This document shows positions 56,647-64,000 of a DNA stretch of 64,000 nt, one piece after another. The DNA comes from Thermoproteota archaeon (GTDB taxonomy: Archaea; Korarchaeota; Korarchaeia; Korarchaeales; Korarchaeaceae), in assembly GCA_027491915.1 (NCBI GenBank), contig JAOZGC010000002.1, forward strand, positions 448,001 through 512,000, read 5' to 3'. Below the pieces are notes generated by a model. The model made no database searches. It saw nothing but the letters and a program-made list of their open reading frames with translations, and had not been told where the DNA came from. Within the stretch, counting starts at the first letter, position 1. Every line of letters begins with the position of its first letter. The translations under genes and the position numbers were made by a program.

Positions 56647-57536
56647 CTCCCCCCACCCGGGTCGGGATCATCCCCTATAACGTTTGGGTCCGGGTCTCCG
56701 GAAATCTCCGACCCGCCCGAGGCCAGCGGTATGGAGATCAGTATCATGGCGGCCCCGACCGCCTGCCCCGCGCTCAGTCCCTCCCCGAGGAGGGCGGCGG
56801 CGAGGGCGGAGGCGAAGACGGGCTCGGCCAGGAGTCCCAGGGCGGCGGCCTCTGGGGGTATCCTCGACTGGGCCCACCCCTGGAGGTAGAAGGCCCCGGC
56901 GGTCGCCACCACGGCCGTGTAGACCACGGCGGCCAGCGAGACGGGGTCGGACGGCAGCCTCGTCTCCCCGACCGCGGGGGAGCCGGCGGCCGCCAGCAGG
57001 GCCACCGGGATGGCCTGGCCCAGGGCCAGCCTGGCGGGCCCCTCCGAACCGACGAGCCTGTCCACCGCCACCACCTGCCCGGCCCAGGCGGCGGCGCAGG
57101 CCAGGGTCAGCAGGTCCCCCCAGGATGGGGGTTCCCCTCCGTAGATCCCGGTCAGCAGGGCGAGCCCGGCGACCCCCAGGACTATTCCCAGGACCGCCCG
57201 CCGGTTGGGCTTCCTGCCGAACAGGAGGGCCTCGATGGCGGGAACCATGGGGACGTTGAGCCCGGTTATGAAGGCGGACTTGGTGGCCGAGGTCCCGGTC
57301 AGCCCCTCCAGCTGGAGGGCGAACCCCAGGAAGACCAGGACGCCGGTGCCCATGGATCTGGGGCCGGGCGCCTCTCCCGCGATGGCCCACAGGAGGGGGA
57401 TCGCCAGGGCGAACCTGGCCGCCAGGAAGGGGAGGGGATCCGAGCTCGCGAGGGCCGCCTTCATGGCCGGGAAGGTCCCGCCCCAGGCGGCGGCCACGGC
57501 CAGTATGGCCAGCGTCCCCTTGGCCGACTCGTCCAC
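56634..57536 (-). CDS. DMT/EamA family transporter
   Basis: WGGTFP, RF, SAFITGL, GDLLTL, EPVFA. Confidence 0.88.
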   Translation of the reverse strand: MDESAKGTLAILAVAAAWGGTFPAMKAALASSDPLPFLAARFALAIPLLWAIAGEAPGPRSMGTGVLVFLGFALQLEGLTGTSATKSAFITGLNVPMVPAIEALLFGRKPNRRAVLGIVLGVAGLALLTGIYGGEPPSWGDLLTLACAAAWAGQVVAVDRLVGSEGPARLALGQAIPVALLAAAGSPAVGETRLPSDPVSLAAVVYTAVVATAGAFYLQGWAQSRIPPEAAALGLLAEPVFASALAAALLGEGLSAGQAVGAAMILISIPLASGGSEISGDPDPNVIGDDPDPGGGRWTA

Positions 57537-57582
57537 CCGACCGCCGCCGGGCGCACCGATATAACTCCCCCGTCAAACAAAA

Positions 57583-57609
57583 TTACTAGAACTGTTTAAA
57601 TATTAGTAA
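57583..57609. promoter_or_regulatory. TA promoter: TTTAAA box flanked by inverted repeat TTACTA/TAGTAA
   Basis: TTACTA 57583-57588, TTTAAA 57595-57600, TAGTAA 57604-57609; ATG at 57628. Confidence 0.6.
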
Positions 57610-57627
57610 CCATAATTACATAGTAGA

Positions 57628-57867
57628 ATGATCGGGGGGAGGATCGTCAAGGTCACCAGGAACTACCAGGTCACCATACCGAAGGCCGTCAGGGAGTCCG
57701 CGGGCATCGGTGAGGGGGACTACCTGGAGGTCTCCCTCGACGGGGAAGGCCGCATAGTGATGCGCAAGGTGAGGAGGGATAGGAAGAAACTCAGGCTCGG
57801 GAGGAAGCTGACCCCGGAGGAGATAGAGAAGATCGTCAGGATCGGGCTGGGGGCGAGCCTGGATTGA
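57628..57867 (+). CDS. AbrB/MazE/SpoVT-family antitoxin
   Basis: VKVTRNYQVTIPK.VRE..GIGEGD. Confidence 0.9.
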   Translation: MIGGRIVKVTRNYQVTIPKAVRESAGIGEGDYLEVSLDGEGRIVMRKVRRDRKKLRLGRKLTPEEIEKIVRIGLGASLD

Positions 57868-58286
57868 GGGCCGTGATCGACACCAACGTGCTGGTGTACG
57901 ACACCTTCGAGGACTCCCTCCACCACGAGGGCGCCAGGCGTCTCCTGGACTCGCTGGACCTCTGGGTGATCCCCCTCATAGTCATGTACGAGTACGTCTG
58001 GTTCATGCGGGGGGCCGGAGTCGACCCCCGGGACGTCGCGGGGAAGATAGAGGAGTACGCGTCCCCCGAGAGGGCGAGGGTCAGATCGGCGGGTCTGGAG
58101 GGGATCAGGTGGGCCCTGTCCGCCGTCTTGGGGGAGGGACTCTCCCTGTCGCGGTTCAACGACAAGGTGGTCCTACGGGTCGCGATCTCCGAGGGAACCC
58201 CCCTCGCCTCCTACGACTCGGCCCTCCGGAGGCAGGCCGCGGCGGAGGGGATCCAGGTCCTCCCCCGGACGATCACGGGAACCTGA
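57864..58286 (+). CDS. vapC: PIN-domain toxin
   Basis: VIDTNVLVY, YE, FND, SYD; TTGA overlap with the antitoxin. Confidence 0.88.
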   Translation: MRAVIDTNVLVYDTFEDSLHHEGARRLLDSLDLWVIPLIVMYEYVWFMRGAGVDPRDVAGKIEEYASPERARVRSAGLEGIRWALSAVLGEGLSLSRFNDKVVLRVAISEGTPLASYDSALRRQAAAEGIQVLPRTITGT

Positions 58287-59739
58287 GGACTTCCAGCTCT
58301 CGGAGCCCCGGGTCCCTGCATATGAGGACTCCGCCGCTATCCCTGACGGCCCTGAGGTACTCCACGTGTTCCCTGCCCACCCTGTGCCCCCTCATGAGTA
58401 TGGGTATGCCCGGCGGGTACGGGACCACGTTCTCTGCCGATATCATACCCACGGCGGCGTCCAGTGGGACCCTCTGGGTAACCATCCTCTTGGGCATCCT
58501 CCTGAGGAGGTACGGCTCCATCCTCGGCGGGTCGACGCCTATGGGGGGGACCAGGAGCCTCTTCTCCCCCTCGAGCTCCCTCCCCGAAAGCAGGGAGGCC
58601 ACCGCCCGGGCCGTCCTCTCCGGGGCGTCTCCCGGCAGCTGGAACGTGGCCACGAACAGGAGGGAGTTGTAGTTCGCGGTGTCCGGGACCACCCTCATCC
58701 TCTCCTGGAGCTCCAGGTCGAGCCTGAACCCGGTGACGCCGAAGCCCGTCAGGGCCACCTGGACCTTGGTCAGGTCCACGCCCCCCACCCTGTCCCCCCA
58801 CCTCTCCAGAGCCTCCCCCGGGTCCAGCACGCCGAGCCCCGGGACCTCTTCCCCCAGTCGCGACCTCAGATCCCCAGCCAGGGAGATCACCCTCTCCACC
58901 TCTTCCCTCCCCCTCTCCTCCAGCCTGGCCCTGGCGGCGTCCAGGGAGGCCAGGAGGTGGTAGGAGGGGCTGGTCGTGGTGTAGCCGGAGTAGGCCTCCC
59001 ACATGACCTCCGGGTCTATCCTCCCGTCCCTCCAGTGTATCATCCCGGTCTGCTGGAGGGATCCCCCCTGCTTGTGGGTGCTCTGGATGCTGACGTCCGC
59101 TCCAACCTCCATGGCCGTCTCCGGCAGCCGGTCGCTGAACATGAAGTGGGCCCCCCAGGCCTCGTCCACTATCACCGGGATCTCGTCGTCGAACTCCCTG
59201 ATCGCCCTCACGGTCTCCCTCAGCCTCCCGGACAGTCCCCCGTAGGTTGGATTCGACAGGAGGACGGCGTTGGCCTCCGGATACCTCCTGAGGGTCTCGA
59301 CCACCTCGTCCGGGGTCGGGGGGATGAAGAGCTCGTACTCCGGGTCGTACCCGACCGGGATGAACCTGTACCTTATCCCGAAGTCCTCGCACGCGTTGAG
59401 GACGCTTATGTGAGCGTTCCGGGCTACCACGACCAGGGGGGTCCCGTAGGTGAGGCTCAGGTATCTCATTACGACGTACACGCTTCCCGTAGATCCGTGG
59501 ACGCTGAACAGGGTGTGATCGGCGCCGTAGAGCCTGGCAGCCCTCTCGTGGGCCTCCCTGAATATCCCCGAGTTCTCGGCCAGGGTGCCCCGGATGGACA
59601 GGCTGGCGCTGACGTCCGACCCGTAGACGTCCTCCACCCTGGGGGCCCCTGGGAGGACGGAGGGGGTGCACCACCTCAAGTACTCCCCCACCTCCCCGTT
59701 GAGGAACTCCACGATGGGCGCCCTGCTCCCCCCGGCCAC
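58273..59739 (-). CDS. PLP-dependent Orn/Lys/Arg decarboxylase (AAT fold, wing-less)
   Basis: HGSTG, RNAHIS, NPTYGG, VDEAWGAH, QSTHK, TTSPSY, PYPPGIP. Confidence 0.9.
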   Translation of the reverse strand: MAGGSRAPIVEFLNGEVGEYLRWCTPSVLPGAPRVEDVYGSDVSASLSIRGTLAENSGIFREAHERAARLYGADHTLFSVHGSTGSVYVVMRYLSLTYGTPLVVVARNAHISVLNACEDFGIRYRFIPVGYDPEYELFIPPTPDEVVETLRRYPEANAVLLSNPTYGGLSGRLRETVRAIREFDDEIPVIVDEAWGAHFMFSDRLPETAMEVGADVSIQSTHKQGGSLQQTGMIHWRDGRIDPEVMWEAYSGYTTTSPSYHLLASLDAARARLEERGREEVERVISLAGDLRSRLGEEVPGLGVLDPGEALERWGDRVGGVDLTKVQVALTGFGVTGFRLDLELQERMRVVPDTANYNSLLFVATFQLPGDAPERTARAVASLLSGRELEGEKRLLVPPIGVDPPRMEPYLLRRMPKRMVTQRVPLDAAVGMISAENVVPYPPGIPILMRGHRVGREHVEYLRAVRDSGGVLICRDPGLRELEVLRFP

Positions 59740-59782
59740 GGGTCGGGGGGCGGCTGCGGGACGTTAAAAAGCGATCCCCGGA

Positions 59783-60355
59783 ATGGGACCCGGTGACCGC
59801 CGCTTGTCCGTCCCCCCCGAGGTCGCGGCGGCCCTCCTCTCGCTGGCCGGGGCCGCGACGAAGGCGGCAGATCAGGTTGAGGACGAGGGACTCTGGTTCC
59901 CGTGGGCCGGGCCTCCGCTGGGCCTGCTCTTCGGGATACTGATGGGCCTGTCCGCCTGGGCCGGGGGGGACTTCTCCGCCCTGGTGACCGCCGTGGCCGT
60001 GGCCGTGACCCTGGCCGGCAAGGTGGACGCCCCATCCCACAGGGTCGGCCTGGCGGCCCTGATGACGCTGGTCCCCCTGGCCCCCGGGGAACCGGACGTC
60101 CCATCGCTGGCCGTCCTCTCCGCGGCCGCCTACCTGGACGAGCCGCTGAGCGACGCGGCCGACAGGGGTGAGGCGCCGGCCGCCGCGGCGGCCCTGATGA
60201 GGGCCAGGCCCGTCCTCAAGGCGGCCCTGGCCCTACTCCTGATCGCCGGGGCCGTCTCCCCCTGGGCCGCCCTCGGGGGGTGGGGATTCGACGCCTGCTA
60301 CCTCGCCGCCGGCAGGCTCCTGGGTCGCGACCGACCCGGCCGCGCCAGGGGTTGA
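59783..60355 (+). CDS. Hypothetical membrane protein
   Basis: About six hydrophobic segments; K.AD..ED, GKVD..H and YLDE polar motifs. Confidence 0.55.
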   Translation: MGPGDRRLSVPPEVAAALLSLAGAATKAADQVEDEGLWFPWAGPPLGLLFGILMGLSAWAGGDFSALVTAVAVAVTLAGKVDAPSHRVGLAALMTLVPLAPGEPDVPSLAVLSAAAYLDEPLSDAADRGEAPAAAAALMRARPVLKAALALLLIAGAVSPWAALGGWGFDACYLAAGRLLGRDRPGRARG

Positions 60356-62308
60356 CCCCCCTCCCCGGCGCTCGACCCTCCTGGCGGCCCTCCTCAGCCT
60401 CTCGGCCAACGCCCCCACGGCCCTGTCGTATATCCCCCTGAAGCTCCTGTAGAAGACCTTGGCCAGGTCGTAGGTTATCAGGAAGAAGACCGCGATCAGG
60501 GTCAGGGCCGATGCCCTGGCGGCCGCCCCCCCGACCACCGGGACGGCCTGCAGCCCCGCGGGCAGGAACCAGATGAGGACCGCCGTGAAGGTCAGGTAGA
60601 TCAGGTCCGTCAGGGCCTCTCTCACCGCCGACCTGGTCACCGCCCCGAGCCTCCTGGCCAGCCACCCCGAGGACAGGTCCACGAAGAACTTCCCGGCCAT
60701 GAGCAGCCTGTACCCGAAGTAGACCACCGCCACGGTCCTGAGGATGGCGATCAATTCGTCGGCCCCGACGGAGATCCCACCCAGCTCCAGGGGCGGCAGC
60801 CCCGCGACCGCCCCGGAGGCGGCCGTCAGCACCGTGAGGGAGATCAGGAGCCAGAGCCCGCTGGCCAGCAGGGAGGAGAGGTTCTCCTCCACCTCTCCCC
60901 CGATCCTCCTCGTCGGCCGACGTTCGACCTCCGGGAGGGGAGGCCTCCAGGGCTCTATCCCGGCCCTCGGCGCCCTCTTACCGGGAACATCGGCCCTCCT
61001 GGAGGCCGCCAACATGACGGCTGAGGCGGCCGCCGGCACCACCGCCATGTACAGGAGGAACCCCAGCGGCCTGCCGACCGCCAGGAACAGGGCGGCGGCC
61101 AGGAGCCTCACGTCCCTCCCGGCAGGGCTCCACCTCCTGAATCGGATCACCCAGCTGTTGGACGCCCACCCCAGCAGGTGGGACGAGTAGCTGTAGACGA
61201 AGACCCCCCCGGCGGCGGCGGAGACGAGGGCGACCCCGGGGGCGCCCGAGACCCCGGCCGCGATCCCGGCGGCCGCCACCACGGCCAGGTCCGCGACCCT
61301 GTCCATCAGCGCGTCCAGGGCGCCGCCGAACCTGCTGGCCGACCCGCACAGCCTGGCCACCTCCCCGTCCACCCCGTCCACTATAGACGACAGCTGCACG
61401 GCCGCCGCGGCGGCCAGGAGGCGTCCCGCGGCGGCGGCCGCGGCGCCGGCCAGGCCCAGGGCGAGCGAGGCCAGGGACACCAGGTTCGGCGAGGGGCACC
61501 TCCCCCTGAGGTACAGCCCCACCGACAGCGCGGTCGAGACGGGCCTGTTCAGGTACCTGGACACCGGACCGTCCCCGGGCTTGATCAGGGACCTCCTCAG
61601 CAGCTTGGGCAGCATCCTCCTGGCCTCCTCGAGATCCTCCGGGGTGTCCACGTCCAGCCAGAGGAGGCCGGTGACGTCGACGTGGTCGACCTGGGAGTCC
61701 TCGACGGCCCTCCTGAGGGCGTCGGCCACCGTGGCCCCGGGCCCCCTCTCCCGGAGCACCTCTTCCACTATCTCCGTCGCCCTGGAGGAACAGTAGAAGA
61801 GCCCGGTGTCTATGCCGTAGATCGCCGGGGCCCTCTTCCCCACCCAGTCTACCCGCCCCTCCCGGAGGACCACCTTGAGCCCCTCCTCCACCCTGTCCCA
61901 CCTGGGGTTGGCGTCCAGGCACAGGGTGAAGGCGGAGTCTCCCCTCATCTCCAGGAGCCTCCTGAGCATCTCCGGCTCGAAGACGTGATCCGACATCACC
62001 AGGACGAAATCCCCCTCCCCAGCGGCCTCTATCCCGACCTTCAGGGAGTAGAGGTTTCCGAAGCCGCCCTCCGCCTCCACCGGGACGACCTCTATCCCGC
62101 CGCCGTACCTCTCCTCGAACAGGCGGGAGAACTCCCTCCGGGTGACCACCACTATCCTATCGAACCCGGCCTCCCTCAGCCACCTCAGGGTCAGATCCAT
62201 TATGGCGAGCCCGGGGGCCAGCTCGAACAGGCACTTCGGCTTATCCCTCGAGTGATTCCCCATCCTGGTCGCCGATCCGGCCGCTAGGATCACAGCTGTG
62301 GTCGTCAT
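60233..62308 (-). CDS. Bifunctional inositol-1-phosphate cytidylyltransferase / DIPP synthase with extra C-terminal membrane domain
   Basis: ILAAGSATRMG..KPK, MSDH, DTGLF, WLDVDTPED; DGPVSRYLNRP, DGVDGEVAR..G..D..D, RDVR. Confidence 0.88.
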   Translation of the reverse strand: MTTTAVILAAGSATRMGNHSRDKPKCLFELAPGLAIMDLTLRWLREAGFDRIVVVTRREFSRLFEERYGGGIEVVPVEAEGGFGNLYSLKVGIEAAGEGDFVLVMSDHVFEPEMLRRLLEMRGDSAFTLCLDANPRWDRVEEGLKVVLREGRVDWVGKRAPAIYGIDTGLFYCSSRATEIVEEVLRERGPGATVADALRRAVEDSQVDHVDVTGLLWLDVDTPEDLEEARRMLPKLLRRSLIKPGDGPVSRYLNRPVSTALSVGLYLRGRCPSPNLVSLASLALGLAGAAAAAAGRLLAAAAAVQLSSIVDGVDGEVARLCGSASRFGGALDALMDRVADLAVVAAAGIAAGVSGAPGVALVSAAAGGVFVYSYSSHLLGWASNSWVIRFRRWSPAGRDVRLLAAALFLAVGRPLGFLLYMAVVPAAASAVMLAASRRADVPGKRAPRAGIEPWRPPLPEVERRPTRRIGGEVEENLSSLLASGLWLLISLTVLTAASGAVAGLPPLELGGISVGADELIAILRTVAVVYFGYRLLMAGKFFVDLSSGWLARRLGAVTRSAVREALTDLIYLTFTAVLIWFLPAGLQAVPVVGGAAARASALTLIAVFFLITYDLAKVFYRSFRGIYDRAVGALAERLRRAARRVERRGGGSTPGAAGSVATQEPAGGEVAGVESPPPEGGPGGDGPGDQE

Positions 62309-62372
62309 CGATCCCAAACCTCCCGGCGGAGAGGAGGAGACGCGCCTCCCCCCAGGCGGACCAATAAAAAGG

Positions 62373-62390
62373 GGGACCCGGCCGGGTCCC
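62373..62390. repeat. Perfect 18-bp palindrome
   Basis: GGGACCCGGCCGGGTCCC next to the minus-strand TTTTTATT box of the IPCT/DIPPS gene. Confidence 0.7.
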
Positions 62391-62651
62391 AGCCCCGGCG
62401 CGTCTCGGCCGGTCCGGTCCGATCCGGTTGGGTCGCGGCGCGTCCGCCGGGTCGGGGTGTCCCCGCCCCAGGTAGGGATCTCCCGGGGTCCCCCTCGGGT
62501 CGGTCCGGATTGCGGGAGCCGACGACCCCGGACCCCTGACCACCCCGCGGCCAGCACCGAGTCGCCCCCCGCCAGGACGGCGGATCCCCTTGGCCCGGTC
62601 AGCCGGGCCCGGCCTGGAGCCTCGGCCCCCCGGGGGCCTGGGAACCAGAGG

Positions 62652-62681
62652 CCCCACCCCACCCCACCCCACCCCACCCCA
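62652..62681 (-). repeat. (CCCCA)6 tandem repeat; G-quadruplex-capable (TGGGG)6 on the minus strand
   Basis: Six perfect pentamer copies read directly. Confidence 0.85.
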
Positions 62682-62859
62682 GATCTCCTGTCAGATTTCC
62701 CTCCGATGGGAGCATCCCCAGAAGCGTGACGGGCACCAGCGGCGGATTCGAATTCTCGGGCACTCCCCGAGCAGATCCGTCCGAAGGTCGCTCGCAATCT
62801 GTCCCAGACTCCCGGCGGTTTCCCCCGGCCGCCCCCGGGCCCTCCTCTCCCGCCGCAAC

Positions 62860-63342
62860 CTACAACCTGAGACGTCTGCCGGAAGACTCCAAGAATCGCC
62901 CAAACCACCTGACGGCCTCCTCCTGAGCCGAGTTCTCCAGGGAGCACGGCCTCAGGGACCTCACCCTGTATATCGCCTCGTCCGGCGGGATCCCCCTCCG
63001 AACCAGGTACGCGGCCAGCGCAGTCCCGGTCCTGCCGCAGCCCATCAGACAGTGCACCACCACCCTCTCCCCCGAGGAGGCGTGTCCCTCGAGTATACCG
63101 GTTATTAGGTCGAGCTGTCTCACGGTGGGGGCCGAGAAGTCCTCCACCGGGACGACGTGGTGCTCCAGCCCGACCTCCCGGATGGTCTCGGCGACGTCGG
63201 GCGGGAGGTTGGGATCCAGGGATACCACCGCCCTCACGCCGACGCCGAGCAGCCACACCACCTCCTCGGGAGAGGACGGCATGGCCGACCCCGCGACGAA
63301 CTCGTCCAGCCAGGAGAAGTTCCTGGGCCTCCGGGCGCGCAC
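62860..63342 (-). CDS. Dual-specificity protein phosphatase (CDC14/PTPMT1-like)
   Basis: NFSW, AGSAMP, VEDFSAP, VHCLMGCGRTGT, IYRVRSLRP, Q; GTG start inferred. Confidence 0.9.
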   Translation of the reverse strand: MRARRPRNFSWLDEFVAGSAMPSSPEEVVWLLGVGVRAVVSLDPNLPPDVAETIREVGLEHHVVPVEDFSAPTVRQLDLITGILEGHASSGERVVVHCLMGCGRTGTALAAYLVRRGIPPDEAIYRVRSLRPCSLENSAQEEAVRWFGRFLESSGRRLRL

Positions 63343-63513
63343 GCCGCGGCGGGTCGGTCGCGCCCTTAATCGCTTCCGATCCACGGTAGATCCCTCCCGA
63401 TCTGGCCTCTCTGCATGACCTCGGAGGTCGCCGGGCACCCTCCTACCTCAGGGAACCGGAGGTCTAGGTCTCCAGGACGGTCGACAGCCCCCCGATCGTC
63501 TGGGGGCGGCGGA

Positions 63514-63945
63514 TCACAGGCCCAGCACCGACACCCTGACCGTCCTGGTCCTGGGCCCGTCCAGCTCCAGGAGAAGCACCCTCTGCCACGTCCCCAAGTC
63601 GAGTCTCCCCTCCCTCACTGGGATCGACCTGGAGTTCCCCACCATCGAGCTGATTATGTGGGCGTGGGCGTTCTGCTCCCCCGGCATCCCGGCGTACTTC
63701 TCGTTGTGTCTGTACCTCCCGCCAACCGGGACGAGCCCGGTCAGGGACTTCAGGATGTCCTCCCACAGATCTGGATCACCCTCGTTCACTACGACCGCGC
63801 AGGTGGTGTGGGGAACGGAGACCACGGCGATCCCATCCTGGACGCCGGAGGCTGAGACCGCCTCCCCGACCTCGGGCGTGACGTCGATCACCTGCAGCCT
63901 CTCGGACGTCCTGACCGCGAACTCGGAGGTGGGCACCTCGGTCAC
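63514..63945 (-). CDS. yjbQ: YjbQ/UPF0047 protein
   Basis: HTTCAVVVNE, YRH, NAHAH, LGTWQ..LELDGPR. Confidence 0.92.
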   Translation of the reverse strand: MTEVPTSEFAVRTSERLQVIDVTPEVGEAVSASGVQDGIAVVSVPHTTCAVVVNEGDPDLWEDILKSLTGLVPVGGRYRHNEKYAGMPGEQNAHAHIISSMVGNSRSIPVREGRLDLGTWQRVLLLELDGPRTRTVRVSVLGL

Positions 63946-64000
63946 CCCCCCAAGCGGACCCCGACCCGATTTAATGGGCCCCCTCCCGCGCCGCGCGCAC

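Noticed and set aside
62738-62760. TTCGAAT resembling a tRNA T-loop
   Set aside because: Flanks do not form a 5-bp T-stem on either strand and there is no cloverleaf
62400-62860. Possible SRP RNA, RNase P RNA or replication origin
   Set aside because: No SRP helix-8 motif, no RNase P GAGGAAAGUCC/P4 signature, no ORB boxes or AT-rich unwinding element
62309-63256. 316-aa N-terminal extension of the IPCT/DIPPS ORF (1007-aa call)
   Set aside because: Low-complexity translation overlapping the phosphatase gene in another frame; a TATA-like box and the MTTTAVILAAG start point to 62308
1-64000. CRISPR arrays, transposases, integrases, inteins, rRNA
   Set aside because: No regularly spaced direct repeats, recombinase motifs, oversized conserved proteins with intein termini, or rRNA signatures were seen

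Overview
A very GC-rich, densely coding archaeal window. The lineage and lifestyle are inferred from AGG/ATA codon bias, short AT-rich TATA islands about 25-45 nt before start codons, GGAGG(TGA) Shine-Dalgarno sites inside operons, and a di-myo-inositol-phosphate synthase, which suggests a hyperthermophile. Contents in order: succinate dehydrogenase/fumarate reductase (sdhCAB), mobB, a secreted beta-propeller/Ig-like protein, apgM, a pterin/folate cluster (mptA/folE2, cofE-like ligase, mptE, folP with an extra C-terminal domain), PrsW protease, a P-type ATPase, a peptide ABC transporter, an M20 amidohydrolase, four VapBC-type toxin-antitoxin pairs, an ArsA ATPase, two tungsten AOR-family enzymes with FeS/FAD/MoaD partners, an 11-subunit complex-I-like nuo operon, proC, feoB with a DtxR-FeoA regulator, a PLP basic amino acid decarboxylase, an extended IPCT/DIPPS, a dual-specificity phosphatase and YjbQ. 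I found no rRNA, tRNA, CRISPR array or transposase. The best candidate for an undescribed system is a hybrid archaeal/bacterial tetrahydrofolate route that would need neither FolC nor DHFR. Other notable items are a circularly permuted family-5 solute-binding protein, a three-domain IPCT-DIPPS, an AorABC-like module and a feoB with no canonical start codon. All family calls come from recognising motifs by eye; no database searches were run.
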